DNA of 64,000 nt from Octopus sinensis. Taxonomy: Eukaryota. A model generated the notes under the pieces. It saw only the letters and a list, made by a program, of their open reading frames with translations. It was not told the DNA's origin and did no database searches. Position numbers and translations under genes: made by a program. Location: positions 56,916,001-56,980,000 of the forward strand of contig NC_043001.1 of the NCBI RefSeq assembly GCF_006345805.1. Direction: 5' to 3'. Numbering within the stretch: position 1 is the first letter of the stretch; each line of letters begins with the position of its first letter. Positions 1 through 15,000 of the stretch are shown one piece after another.

Positions 1-3000
1 AACCAGACAGATGATCTGTTTATAGTGATCAAATGTTTGTGTTCACTCCCTCCTTCTTGCCTAACAACCAGATAGATGATCTGTTTATAGTGATCAGATG
101 CTTGTGTTAAACTCCATCCTTCTTGCCTAACAAACAGACAGATGATCTGTTTATAGTGATCAGATGTTTTGTGTTCACTCGCTCCTTCTTGCCTAACAAC
201 CAGACAGATGATCTGTTTATAGTGATCAGATGTTGTGTTCACTCCCTCCTTCTTGCCTAACAACCAGACAGATGATCTGTTTATAGTGATCAGATGTTTG
301 TGTTCACTCCCTCCTTCTTGCCTAACAACCAGACAGATGATCTTTTATAGTGATCAGAATGTTTGTGTTCACCTCCCTCCTTCTTGCCTAACAACCAGAC
401 AGATGATCTGTTTATAGTGATCAGATGTTTGTGTTCACTCCCTCCTCTTCTTGCCTAACAACCAGACAGATGATCTGTTTATAGTGATCAATGTTTGTGT
501 TCACTCCCTCCTTCTTGCCTAACAAACAGACAGATGATCTGTTTATAGTGATCAATTTTGTGTTCACTCCCCCTTCTTGCCTAACAACCAGACAGATGAT
601 CTGTTTATAGTGATCAGATGTTTGTGTTCACTCCCTCCTTCTTGCCTAACAACCAGACAGGTGTCTGTTTATAGTGATCAGATGTTTGTGTTCACTCCCT
701 CCTTCTTGCCTAACAACCAGACAGATGATCTGTTTATAGTGATCAAATGTTTGTGTTCACTCCCTCCTTCTTGCCTAACAACCAGACAGGTGATCTGTTT
801 ATAGTGATCAGATGCTTGTGTTCACTCCATCCTTCTTGCCTAACAACAGACAGATGATCTGTTTATAGTGATCAGATGTTTGTGTTCACTCCCTCCTTCT
901 TGCCTAACAAACAGACAGATGATCTGTTTATAGTGATCAGAAGTTGTGTTCACTCCCTCCTTCTTGCCTAACAACCAGACAGATGATCTGTTTATAGTGA
1001 TCAATGTTTGTGTTCACTCCCTCCTTCTTGCCTAACACCAGACAGATGATCTGTTTATAGTGATCAAATGTTTGTGTTCACTCCCTCCTTCTTGCTTAAC
1101 AACCAGACAGATGATCTGTTTATAGTGATCAGATGTTTGTGTTCACTCCCTCCTTCTTGCCTAACAACCAGACAGATGATCTGTTTATAGTGATCAAATG
1201 TTTGTGTTCACTCCCTCCTTCTTGCCTAACAACCAGACAGATGATCTGTTTATAGTGATCAAATGTTTGTGTTCACTCCCTCCTTCTTGCCTAACAACCA
1301 GACAGATGATCTGTTTATAGTGATCAGATGTTTGTGTTCACTCCCTCCTTCTTGCCTAACAACCAGACAGATGATCTGTTTATAGTGATCAGATGTTTGT
1401 GTTCACTCCCTCTTCTTGCCTAACAACCAGACAGATGATCTGTTTATAGTGATCAGATGTTTGTGTTCACTCGCTCCTTCTTGCCTAACAACCAGACAGA
1501 TGATCTGTTTATAGTGATCAGATGTTTGTGTTCACTCCCTCCTTCTTGCCTAACAACCAGACAGATGATCTGTTTATAGTGATCAGATGTTTGTGTTCAC
1601 TCCCTCCTTCTTGCCTAACAACCAGACAGATGATCTGTTTATAGTGATCAGATGTTTGTGTTCACTCCCTCCTTCTTGTCCTAACAACCAGACAGATGAT
1701 CTGTTTATAGCGATCAGATGTTTGTGTTCACTCCCTCCTTCTTGCCTAACAACAACCATGATCTGTAATAGTGATCAGATCCCCCCTCTGACACACCAGA
1801 CAGACACACACCCTCCTTCACCAAACCCAACAGACACCAAGATCAACCAAACCAGACAGATGATCTGTTTATAGTGATCAGATGTTTGTGTTCACTCCCT
1901 CCTTCTTGCCTAACAACCAGACAGATGATCTGTTTATAGTGATCAAATGTTTGTGTTCACTCCCTCCTTCTTGCCTAACAACCAGACAGATGATCTGTTT
2001 ATAGTGATCAGATGCTTGTGTTCACTCCATCCTTCTTGCCTAACAAACAGACAGATGATCTGTTTATAGTGATCAGATGTTTGTGTTCACTCCTCCTTCT
2101 TGCCTAACAACCAGACAGATGATCTGTTTATAGTGATCAGATGTTTGTGTTCACTCCCTCCTTCTTGCCTAACAACCAGACAGATGATCTGTTTATAGTG
2201 ATCAGATGTTTGTGTTCACTCCCTCCTTCTTGCCTAACAACCAGACAGATGATCTGTTTATAGTGATCAGATGTTTGTGTTCACTCCCTCCTTCTTGCCT
2301 AACAACCAGACAGATGATCTGTTTATAGTGATCAGATGTTTGTGTTCACTCCCTCCTTCTTGCCTAACAACCAGACAGATGATCTGTTTATAGTGATCAA
2401 ATGTGTGTTGTTCACTCCCTCCTTCTTGCCTAACAACCAGACAGATGATCTGTTTATAGTGATCAGATGTTTGTGTTCACTCCCTCCTTCTTGCCTAACA
2501 AACAGACAGATGATCTGTTTATAGTGATCAGAAGTTTGTGTTCACTCCCTCCTTCTTGCCTAACAACCAGACAGATGATCTGTTTATAGTGATCAGATGT
2601 TTGTGTTCACTCCCTCCTTTGCCGCCTAACAACATGACAGATGATCTGTTATAGTGATCAAATGTTTGTGTTCACTCCCTCCTTCTTGCTTAACAACCAG
2701 ACAGATGATCTGTTTATAGTGATCAGATGTTTGTGTTCACTCCCTCCTTCTTGCCTAACAACCAGACAGATGATCTGTTTTAGTGATCAGATGTTTGTGT
2801 TCACTCCCTCCTTCTTGCCTAACAACAGACAGATGATCTGTTTATAGTGATCAATGTTTGTGTTCACTCGCTCCTTCTTGCCTAACAACCAGACAGATGA
2901 TCTGTTTATAGTGATCAGATGTTGTGTTCACTCCCTCCTTCTTGCCTAACAACATGACAGATGATCTGTTTATAGTGATCAGATGTTTGTGTTCACTCCT

Positions 3001-6000
3001 CCTTCTTGTCTAACAACCAGACAGATGATCTGTTTATAGCGATCAGATGTTTGTGTCACTCCCTCCTTCTTGCCTAACAACCAGACAGATGATCTGTTTA
3101 TAGTGATCAGATGTTTGTGTTCACTCCTCCCTCCTTCTTGCCTAACAACCAGAGAGATGATTGTTTATAGTGATCAAATGTTTGTGTTCACTCCTCCTTC
3201 TTGCCTAACAACCAGACAGATGATCTGTTTATAGTGATCAGATGTTGTGTTCATCCCTCCTTCTTGCCTAACAACCAGACAGATGATCTGTTTATAGTGA
3301 TCAGATGTTGTGTTCACTCGCTCCTTCTTGCCTAACAACCAGACAGATGATCTGTTTATAGTGATCAAATGTTGTGTTCACTCCCTCCTTCTTGCCTAAC
3401 AACCAGACAGATGATCTGTTTATAGTGATCAGATGTTTGTGTTCACTCCCTCCTTCTTGCCTAACAACAGACAGATGATCTGTTTATAGTGATCAAGATT
3501 TTGTGTTCACTCCTCCTTCTTGCCTAACAACCAGACAGATGATCTGTTTATAGTGATCAGATGTTTGTGTTCACTCCCTCCTTCTTGCCAAACAACCAGA
3601 CAGATGATCTGTTTATAGTGATCAGATGTTTGTGTTCACTCCCTCCTTCTTGCCTAACAACCAGACAGATGATCTGTTTATAGTGATCAAATGTTGTGTT
3701 CACTCCCTCCTTCTTGCCTAACAAACAGACAGATGATCTGTTTATAGTGATCAGAAGTTTGTGTTCACTCCCTCCTTCTTGCCTAACAACCAGACAGATG
3801 ATCTGTTTATAGTGATCAGATGTTTGTGTTCACTCCCTCCTTCTTGCCTAACAACCAGACAGATGATCTGTTTATAGTGATCAGATGTTTGTGTTCACTC
3901 GCTCCTTCTTGCCTAACAACCAGACAGATGATCTGTTTATAGTGATCAGATGTTTGTGTTCACTCCCTCCTTCTTGCCTAACAACCAGACAGATGATCTG
4001 TTTATAGTGATCAGTTATTTGTGTTCACTCCCTCCTTCTTGCCTAACAACCAGACAGGTGTCTGTTTATAGTGATCAGATGTTTGTGTTCACTCCCTCCT
4101 TCTTGCCTAACAACATGACAGATGATCTGTTTATAGTGATCAAATGTTTGTGTTCACTCCCTCCTTCTTGCTTAACAACCAGACAGATGATCTGTTTATA
4201 GTGATCAGATGTTTGTGTTCACTCCCTCCTTCTTGCCTAACAACCAGACAGATGATGTTTATAGTGATCAGATGTTTGTGTTCACTCCCTCCTTCTTGCC
4301 TAACAACCAGACAGATGATCTGTTTATAGTGATCAAATTTGTGTTCACTCCCTCCTTCTTGCCTAACAACCAGACAGATGATCTGTTTATAGTGATCAAA
4401 TGTTTGTGTTCACTCCCTCCTTCTTGCCTAACAACCAGACAGATGATCTGTTTATAGTGATCAGATGTTTGTGTTCACTCCCTCCTCCTTGCCTAACAAC
4501 CAGACAGATGATCTGTTTATAGTGATCAGATGTTTGTGTTCACTCGCTCCTTCTTGCCTAACAACCAGACAGATGATCTGTTTATAGTGATCAGATGTTT
4601 GTGTTCACTCGCTCCTTCTTGCCTAACAACCAGACAGATGATCTGTTTATAGTGATCAGATGTTTGTGTTCACTCCCTCCTTCTTGCCTAACAACCAGAC
4701 AGATGATCTGTTTATAGTGATCAGATGTTTGTGTTCACTCCCTCCTTCTTTTCTAACAACCAGACAGATGATCTGTTTATAGTGATCAGAAGTTTGTGTT
4801 CACTCCCTCCTTCTTGCCTAACAACCAGACAGATGATCTGTTTATAGTGATCAGTTGTTTGTGTTCACTCCCTCCTTCTTGCCTAACAACCAGACAGATG
4901 ATCTGTTTATAGTGATCAGATGTTTGTGTTCACTCGCTCCTTCTTGCCTAACGACCAGACAGATGATCTGTTTATAGTGATCAGATGTTTGTGTTCACTC
5001 CCTCCTTCTTGCCTAACAACATGACAGATGATCTGTTTATAGTGATCAGATGTTTGTGTTCACTCCCTCCTTCTTGCCTAACAACCAGACAGGTGTCTGT
5101 TTATAGTGATCAGATGTTTGTGTTCACTCCCTCCTTCTTGCCTAACAACATGACAGATGATCTGTTTATAGTGATCAGATGTTTGTGTTTACTCCCTCCT
5201 TCTTGTCTAACAACCAGGCAGATGATCTGTTTATAGCGATCAGATGTTTGTGTTCACTCCCTCCTTCTTGCCTAACAACATGACAGATGATCTGTTTATA
5301 GTGATCAAAGTTTGTGTTCACTCCCTCCTTCTTGCCTAACAACAGACAGATGATCTGTTTATAGTGATCAGATGTTTGTGTTCACTCCCTCCTTCTTGCC
5401 TAACAACAGACAGATGATCTGTTTATAGTGATCAAATGTTTGTGTTCACTCCCTCCTTCTTGCCTAACAACCAGACAGATGATCTGTTTATAGTGATCAA
5501 ATGTTTGTGTTCACTCCCTCCTTCTTGCCTAACAACCAGACAGATGATCTGTTTATAGTGATCAGATGTTGTGTTCACTCCCTCCTCTTGCCTAACAACC
5601 AGACAGATGATCTGTTTATAGTGATCAGATGTTGTGTTCACTCGCTCCTTCTTGCCTAACAACCAGACAGATGATCTGTTTATAGTGCTCAGATGTTTGT
5701 GTTCACTCGCTCCTTCTTGCCTAACAACCAGACAGATGATCTGTTTATAGTGATCAGATGTTGTGTTCACTCCCTCCTTCTTGCCTAACAACCAGACAGA
5801 TAATCTGTTTATAGTGATCAGATGTTGTGTTCACTCCCTCCTTCCTGCTAACAACCAGACAGATGATCTGTTTATAGCGATCAGATGTTTGTGTTCACTC
5901 CCTCCTTCTTGCCTAACAACCAGACAGATGATCTGTTTATAGTGATCAGATGTTTGTGTTCACTCCCTCCTTCTTGCCTAACAACCAGACAGATGATCTG

Positions 6001-9000
6001 TTTATAGTGATCAAATGTTTGTGTTCACTCCCTCCTTCTTGCCTAACAACCAGATAGATGATCTGTTTATAGTGATCAGATGCTTGTGTTCACTCCATCC
6101 TTCTTGCCTAACAAACAGACAGATGATCTGTTTATAGTGATCAGATGTTTGTGTTCACTCGCTCCTTCTTGCCTAACAACCAGACAGATGATCTGTTTAT
6201 AGTGATCAGATGTTTGTGTTCACTCCCTCCTTCTTGCCTAACAACCAGACAGATGATCTGTTTATAGTGATCAGATGTTTGTGTTCACTCCCTCCTTCTT
6301 GCCTAACAACCAGACAGATGATCTGTTTATAGTGATCAAATGTTTGTGTTCACTCCCTCCTTCTTGCTTAACAACCAGACAGATGATCTGTTTATAGTGA
6401 TCAGATGTTTGTGTTCACTCCCTCCTTCTTGCCTAACAACCAGACAGATGATCTGTTTATAGTGATCAGATGTTTGTGTTCACTCCCTCCTTCTTGCCTA
6501 ACAACCAGACAGATGATCTGTTTATAGTGATCAAATGTTTGTTTTCACTCGCTCCTTCTTGCCTAACAACCAGACAGATGATCTGTTTATAGTGATCAGA
6601 TTTTTGTGTTCACTCCCTCCTTCTTGCCTAACAACATGACAGATGATCTGTTTATAGTGATCAGATGTTTGTGTTCACTCCCTCCTTCTTGTCTAACAAC
6701 CAGACAGATGATGTTTATAGCGATCAGATGTTTGTGTTCACTCCCTCCTTCTTGCCTAACAACCAGACAGATGATCTGTTTATAGTGATCAGATGTTTGT
6801 GTTCACTCCCTCCTTCTTGCCTAACAACCAGACAGATCATCTGTTTATAGTGATCAAATGTTTGTGTTCACTCCCTCCTTCTTGCCTAACAACCAGATAG
6901 ATGATCTGTTTATAGTGATCAGATGCTTGTGTTCAGTCCATCATTCTTGCCTAACAAACAGACAGATGATCTGTTTATAGTGATCAGATGCTTGTGTTCA
7001 CTCGCTCCTTCTTGCCTAACAACCAGACAGATGATCTGTTTATAGTGATCAAATGTTTGTGTTGTTCACCATCCTTCTTGCCTAACAACCAGACAGATGA
7101 TCTGTTTATAGTGATCAGATGTTTGTGTTCACTCCCTCCTTCTTGCCTAACAACCAGACAGATGATCTGTTTATAGTGATCAAATATTTGTGTTCACTCC
7201 CTCCTTCTTGCCTAACAACCAGACAGATGATCTGTTTATAGTGATCAGATGTTTGTGTTCACTCCCTCCTTCTTCTTGCCAACAACCAGACAGATGATCC
7301 TTTATAGTGATCAGATGTTTGTGTTCACTCCCTCCTTCTTGCCTAACAACCAGACAGATGATCTGTTTATAGTGATCAAATGTTTGTGTTCACTCCCTCC
7401 TTCTTGCCTAACAAACAGACAGATGATCTGTTTATAGTGATCAGAAGTTTGTGTTCACTCCCTCCTTCTTGCCTAACAACCAGACAGATGATCTGTTTAT
7501 AGTGATCAGATGTTTGTGTTCACTCCCTCCTTCTTGCCTAACAACCAGACAGATGATCTGTTTATAGTGATCAGATGTTTGTGTTCACTCGCTCCTTCTT
7601 GCCTAACGACCAGACAGATGATCTGTTTATAGTGATCAGATGTTTGTGTTCACTCCCTCCTTCTTGCCTAACAAACAGACAGATGATCTGTTTATAGTGA
7701 TCAGATGTTTGTGTTCACTCCCTCCTTCTTGCCTAACAACCAGACAGGTGTCTGTTTATAGTGATCAGATGTTTGTGTTCACTCCCTCCTTCTTGCCTAA
7801 CAACCAGACAGATGATCTGTTTATAGTGATCAATGTTTGTGTTCACTCCCTCCTTCTTGCCTAACAACCAGACAGGTGATCTGTTTATAGTGATCAGATG
7901 CTTGTGTTCACTCCATCCTTCTTGCCTAACAAATAGACAGATGATCTGTTTATAGTGATCAGATGTTTGTGTTCACTCCCTCCTTCTTCTTGCCTAACAA
8001 ACTGACAGATGATCTGTTATAGTGATCAGAAGTTTGTGTTCACTCCCTCCTTCTTGCCTAACAGCCAGACAGATGATCTGTTTATAGTGATCAGATGTTT
8101 GTGTTCACTCCCTCCTTCTTGCCTAACAACATGACAGATGATCTGTTTATAGTGATCAGATGTTTGTTCACACCTCCTCCTCTTGCCTAACAACCAGACA
8201 GATGATCTGTTTATAGTGATCAGATGTTTGTGTTCACTCCCTCCTTCTTGTCTAACAACCAGACAGATGATCTGTTTATAGCGATCAGATGTTTGTGTTC
8301 ACTCCCTCCTTCTTGCCTAACAACCAGACAGATGATCTGTTTATAGTGATCAGATGTTTGTGTTCACTCCCTCCTTCTTGCCTAACAACCAGACAGATGA
8401 TCTGTTTATAGTGATCAAATGTTTGTGTTCACTCCCTCCTTCTTGCCTAACAACCAGATAGATGATCTGTTTATAGTGATCAGATGCTTGTGTTCACTCC
8501 ATCCTTCTTGCCAACAACAGATGATCTGTTTATAGTGATCAGATGTTGTGTTCACTCGCTCCTTCTTGCCTAACAACCAGACAGATGATCTGTTTATAGT
8601 GATCAGATGTTTGTGTTCACTCCCTCCTTCTTGCCTAACAACCAGACAGATGATCTGTTTATAGTGATCAGATGTTTGTGTTCACTCCCTCCTTCTTGCC
8701 TAACCCAGACAGATGATCTGTTCATAGTGATCAAATGTTTGTGTTCACTCCCTCCTTCTTGCCTAACAACCAGACAGATCATCTGTTATAGTGATCAGAT
8801 GTTTGTGTTCACTCCCTCCTTCTTGCCTAACAACCAGACAGATGATCTGTTTATAGTGATCAGATGTTTGTGTTCACTCCCTCCTCTTCTTGCCTAACAA
8901 CCAGACAGATGATCTGTTTATAGTGATCAAATGTTTGTGTTCACTCCCTCCTTCTTGCCTAACAAGACAGATGATCTGTTTATAGTGATCAAAGTTTGTG

Positions 9001-12000
9001 TTCACTCCTCCTCCTCTTGCCTAACAACCAGACAGATGATCTGTTTATAGTGATCAGATGTTTGTGTTCACTCCCTCTTTCTTGCCTAACAACCAGACAG
9101 ATGATCTGTTTATAGTGATCAGATGTTTGTGTTCACTCGCTCCTTCTTGCCTAACAACCAGACAGATGATCTGTTTATAGTGATCAGATGTTTGTGTTCA
9201 CTCCCTCCTTCTTGCCTAACAACCAGACAGATGATCTGTTTATAGTGATCAGATGTTTGTGTTCACTCCCTCCTTCTTGTCTAACAACCAGACAGATGAT
9301 CTGTTTATAGCGATCAGATGTTTGTGTTCACTCCCTCCTTCTTGCCTAACAACCAGACAGATGATCTGTTTATAGTGATCAGATGTTTGTGTTCACTCCC
9401 TCCTTCTTGCCTAACAACCAGAGAGATGATCTGTTTATAGTGATCAAATGTTTGTGTTCACTCCCTCCTTCTTGCCTAACAACCAGATAGATGATCTGTT
9501 TATAGTGATCAGATGCTTGTGTTCAGTCCATCCTTCTTGCCTAACAACCAGACAGATGATCTGTTTTATAATGATCAGATGCTTTGTTCACTCGCTCCTT
9601 CTTGCCTAACAACCAGACAGATGATCTGTTTATAGTGATCAAATGTTTGTGTTCACTCCCTCCTTCTTGCCTAACAACCAGACAGATGATCTGTTTATAG
9701 TGATCAGATGTTTGTGTTCACCCTCCTTCTTTCTTGCCTAACAACCAGACAGATGATCTGTTTATAGTGATCAAATATTTGTGTTCACTCCCTCCTTCTT
9801 GCCTAACAACCAGACAGATCATCTGTTTATAGTGATCAGATGTTTGTGTTCACTCCCTCCTTCTTGCCTAACAACCAGACAGATGATCTGTTTATAGTGA
9901 TCAGATGTTTGTGTTCACTCCCTCCTTCTTGCCTAACAACCAGACAGATGATCTGTTTATAGTGATCAAATGTTTGTGTTCACTCCCTCCTTCTTGCCTA
10001 ACAAACAGACAGATGATCTGTTTATAGTGATCAGAAGTTTGTGTTCACTCCCTCCTTCTTGCCTAACAACCAGACAGATGATCTGTTTATAGTGATCAGA
10101 TGTTTGTGTTCACTCCCTCCTTCTTGCCTAACAACGAGGCAGATGATCTGTTTATAGTGATCAGATGTTTGTGTTCACTCGCTCCTTCATGCCTAACGAC
10201 CAGACAGATGATCTGTTTATAGTGATCAGATGTTTGTGTTCACTCCCTCCTTCTTGCCTAACAACCAGACAGATGATCTGTTTATAGTGATCAGATGTTT
10301 GTGTTCACTCCCTCCTTCTTGCCTAACAACCAGACAGGTGTCTGTTTATAGTGATCAGATGTTTGTGTTCACTCCCTCCTTCTTGCCTAACAACCAGACA
10401 GATGATCTGTTTATAGTGATCAAATTTTGTGTCACTCCCTCCTTCTTGCCTAACAACCAGACAGGTGATCTGTTTATAGTGATCAGATGCTTGCGTTCAC
10501 TCCATCCTTCTTACCTAACAAACAGACAGATGATCTGTTTATAGTGATCACATGTTTGTGTTCACTCCCTCCTTCTTGCCTAACAAACAGACAGATGATC
10601 TGTTTATAGTGATCAAATGTTTGTGTTCACTCCCTCCTTCTTGCCTAACAACCAGACAGATGATCTGTTTATAGTGATCAGATGTTTGTGTTCACTCCCT
10701 CCTTCTTGCTTAACAACATGACAGATGATCTGTTTATAGTGATCAAATGTTTGTGTTCACTCCCTCCTTCTTGCTTAACAACCAGACAGATGATCTGTTT
10801 ATAGTGATCAGATGTTTGTGTTCACTCCCTCCTTCTTGCCTAACAACCAGACAGATGATCTGTTTATAGTGATCAGATGTTTGTTTTCACTCCCTCCTTC
10901 TTGCCTAACAACCAGACAGATGATCTGTTTATAGTGATTAGATGTTTGTGTTCACTCCCTCCTTCTTGCCTAACAACCAGACAGGTGTCTGTTTATAGTA
11001 ATCAGATGTTTGTGTTCACTCCCTCCTTCTTGCCTAACAACCAGACAGATGATCTGTTTATAGTGATCAAATGTTTGTGTTCACTCCCTCCTTCTTGCCT
11101 AACAACCAGACAGGTGATCTGTTTATAGTGATCAGATGCTTGTTTTCACTCCATCCTTCTTGCCTAACAAACAGACAGATGATCTGTTTATAGTGATCAG
11201 ATGTTGTGTTCACTCCCTCCTTCTTGCCTAACAAAAGACAGATGATCTGTTATAGTGATCAGAAGTTTGTGTTCACTCCCTCCTTCTTGCCTAACAACCA
11301 GACAGATGATCTGTTTATAGTGATCAGATGTTTGTGTTCACTCCCTCCTTCTTGCCTAACATGACAGATGATCTGAGTCTGTTTATAGTGATCAAATGTT
11401 TGTGTTCACTCCCTCCTTCTTGCTTAACAACCAGACAGATGATCTGTTTATAGTGATCAGATGTTTGTGTTCACTCCCTCCTTCTTGCCTAACAACCAGA
11501 CAGATGATCTGTTTATAGTGATCAGATGTTTGTGTTCACTCCCTCCTTCTTGCCTAACAACCAGACAGATGATCTGTTTATAGTGATCAAATGTTTGTGT
11601 TCACTCCCTCCTTCTTGCCTAACAACCAGACAGATGATCTGTTTATAGTGATCAAATGTTTGTGTTCACTCCCTCCTTTTTGCCTAACAACCAGACAGAT
11701 GATCTGTTTATAGTGATCAGATGTTTGTGTTCACTCCCTCCTCCTTGCCTAACAACCAGACAGATGATCTGTTTATAGTGATCAGATGTTTGTGTTCACT
11801 CCCTCCTTCTTGCCTAACAACCAGACAGATGATCTGTTTATAGTGATCAGGATGTTTGTGTTCACTCCTCCTTCTTGCCTAACAACCAGACAGATGATCT
11901 GTTTATAGTGATCAAATGTTTGTGTTCACTCCCTCCTTCTTTCCTAACAACCAGACAGATGATCTGTTTATAGTGATCAGATGTTTGTGTTCACTCCCTC

Positions 12001-15000
12001 CTTCTTGCCTAACAACATGACAGATGATCTGTTTATAGTGATCAAATGTTTGTGTTCACTCCCTCCTTCTTGCTTAACAACCAGACAGATGATCTGTTTA
12101 TAGTGATCAGATGTTTGTGTTCACTCCCTCCTTCTTGCCTAACAACCAGACAGATGATCTGTTTATAGTGATCAGATGTTTGTGTTCACTCCCTCCTTCT
12201 TGCCTAACAACCAGACAGATGATCTGTTTATAGTGATCAAATGTTTGTGTTCACTCCCTCCTTCTTGCCTAACAACCAGATAGATGATCTGTTTATAGTG
12301 ATCAGATGCTTGTGTTCAGTCCATCCTTCTTGCCTAACAAACAGACAGATGATCTGTTTATAATGATCAGATGCTTGTGTTCACTCGCTCCTTCTTGCCT
12401 AACAACCAGACAGATGATCTGTTTATAGTGATCAAATGTTTGTGTTCACTCCCTCCTTCTTGCCTAACAACCAGACAGATGATCTGTTTATAGTGATCAG
12501 ATGTTTGTGTTCACTCCCTCCTTCTTGCCTAACAACCAGACAGATGATCTGTTTATAGTGATCAAATATTTGTGTTCACTCCCTCCTTCTTGCCTAACAA
12601 CCAGACAGATCATCTGTTTATAGTGATCAGATGTTTGTGTTCACTCCCTCCTTCTTGCCTAACAACCAGACAGATGATCTGTTTATAGTGATCAGATGTT
12701 TGTGTTCACTCCCTCTTTCTTGCCTAACAACCAGACAGATGATCTGTTTATAGTGATCAAATGTTTGTGTTCACTCCCTCCTTCTTGCCTAACAAACAGA
12801 CAGATGATCTGTTTATAGTGATCAGAAGTTTGTGTTCACTCCCTCCTTCTTCCCTAACAACCAGACAGATGATCTGTTTATAGTGATCAGATGTTTGTGT
12901 TCACTCCCTCCTTCTTGCCTAACAACCAGACAGATGATCTGTTTATAGTGATCAGATGTTTGTGTTCACTCGCTCCTTCATGCCTAACGACCAGACAGAT
13001 GATCTGTTTATAGTGATCAGATGTTTGTGTTCACTCCCTCCTTCTTGCCTAACAACCAGACAGATGATCTGTTTATAGTGATCAGATGTTTGTGTTCACT
13101 CCCTCCTTCTTGCCTAACAACCAGACAGATGATCTGTTTATAGTGATCAGATGCTTGTGTTCACTCGCTCCTTCTTGCCTAACGACCAGACAGATGATCT
13201 GTTTATAGTGATCAAATGTTGTGTTCACTCCCTCCTTCTTGCCTAACAACCAGACAGATGATCTGTTTATAGTGATCAGATTGTTTGTGTTCACTCCCTC
13301 CTTCTTGCTTAACAACCAGACATGTGATCTGTTTATAGTGATCAGATGTGTTTGTGTTCACTCCCTCCTTCTTGCCTAACAACCAGACAGGTGGTGATTG
13401 TTTATAGTGAGCAGATGTTTGTGTTCACTGCCTCCTTCTGCCCTAACAACCAGACAGATGATCTGTTTATAGTGATCAGATGTTTGTGTTCACTCCCTCC
13501 TTCTTGCCTAACAACCAGACAGATGATCTGTTTATAGTGATCAGATGTTTGTGTTCACTCGCTCCTTCTTGCCTAACGACCAGACAGATGATCTGTTTAT
13601 AGTGATCAGATGTTTGTGTTCACTCTCCTCCTTGCCTAACAACCAGACAGATGATCTGTTTATAGTGATCAGATGTTTGTGTTCACTCGCTCCTACTTGC
13701 CTAACAACACAGACAGGTGTCTGTTATAGTGATCAGATGTTGTGTTCACTCCCTCCTTCTTGCCTAACAACCAGACAGATGATCTGTTTATAGTGATCAA
13801 ATGTTTGTGTTCACTCCCTCCTTCTTGCCTAACAACCAGACAGGTGATCTGTTTATAGTGATCAGATGCTTGTGTTCACTCATCCTTCTTGCCTAACAAA
13901 CAGAACAGATGATCTGTTTATAGTGATCAGATGTTTGTGTTCACTCCCTCCTTTTGCCTAACAAACAGACAGATGATCTGTTTATAGTGATCAGAAGTTT
14001 GTGTTCACTCCCTCCTTCTTGCCTAACAACAGACAGAAGATCTGTTATAGTGATCAGATGTTTGGTTCACTCCCTCCTTCTTGCCTAACAACCAGACAAT
14101 GATCTGTTTATAGTGATCAGATGTTTGTGTTCACTCCCTCCTTCTTGCCTAACAACCAGACAGATGATCTGTTTATAGTGATCAGATGTTTGTGTTCACT
14201 CCCTCCTTCTTGCCTAAAACCAGACAGATGATCTGTTTATAGTGATCAAATGTTTGTGTTCACTCCCTCCTTCTTGCCTAACAACCAGACAGATGATCTG
14301 TTTATAGTGATCAGATGTTTGTGTTCACTCCCTCCTTCTTGCCTAACAACCAGACAGATGATCTGTTTATAGTGATCAGATGTTTGTGTTCACTCCCTCC
14401 TTCTTGCCTAACAACCAGACAGGTGTCTGTTTATAGTGATCAGATGTTTGTGTTCACTCCCTCCTTCTTGCCTAACAACCAGACAGATGATCTGTTATAG
14501 TGATCAAATGTTTGTGTTCACTCCCTCCTTCTTGCCTAACAACCAGACAGGTGATCTGTTATAGTGATCAGATGCTTGTTTTCACTCCATCCTTCTTGCC
14601 TAACAAACAGACAGATGATCTGTTTATAGTGATCAGATGTTTGTGTTCACTCCCTCCTTCTTGCCTAACAAACAGACAGATGATCTGTTTATAGTGATCA
14701 GAAGTTTGTGTTCACTCCCTCCTTCTTGCCTAACAACCAGACAGATGATCTGTTTATAGTGATCAGATGTTTGTGTTCACTCCCTCCTTCTTGCCTAACA
14801 ACATGACAGATGATCTGTTTATAGTGATCAAATGTTTGTGTTCACTCCCTCCTTCTTGCTTAACAACCAGACAGATGATCTGTTTATAGTGATCAGATGT
14901 TTGTGTTCACTCCCTCCTTCTTGCCTAACAACCAGACAGATGATCTGTTTATAGTGATCAGATGTTTGTGTTCACTCCCTCCTTCTTGCCTAACAACAGA

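Noticed and set aside
1745-1855. Apparently unique insert within the satellite
   Set aside because: It is composed of scrambled monomer fragments (CAGACA, CCCTCCTTC, GATC). Most likely a low-quality consensus patch; similar bursts occur at about 13320-13440 and 15240-15300.
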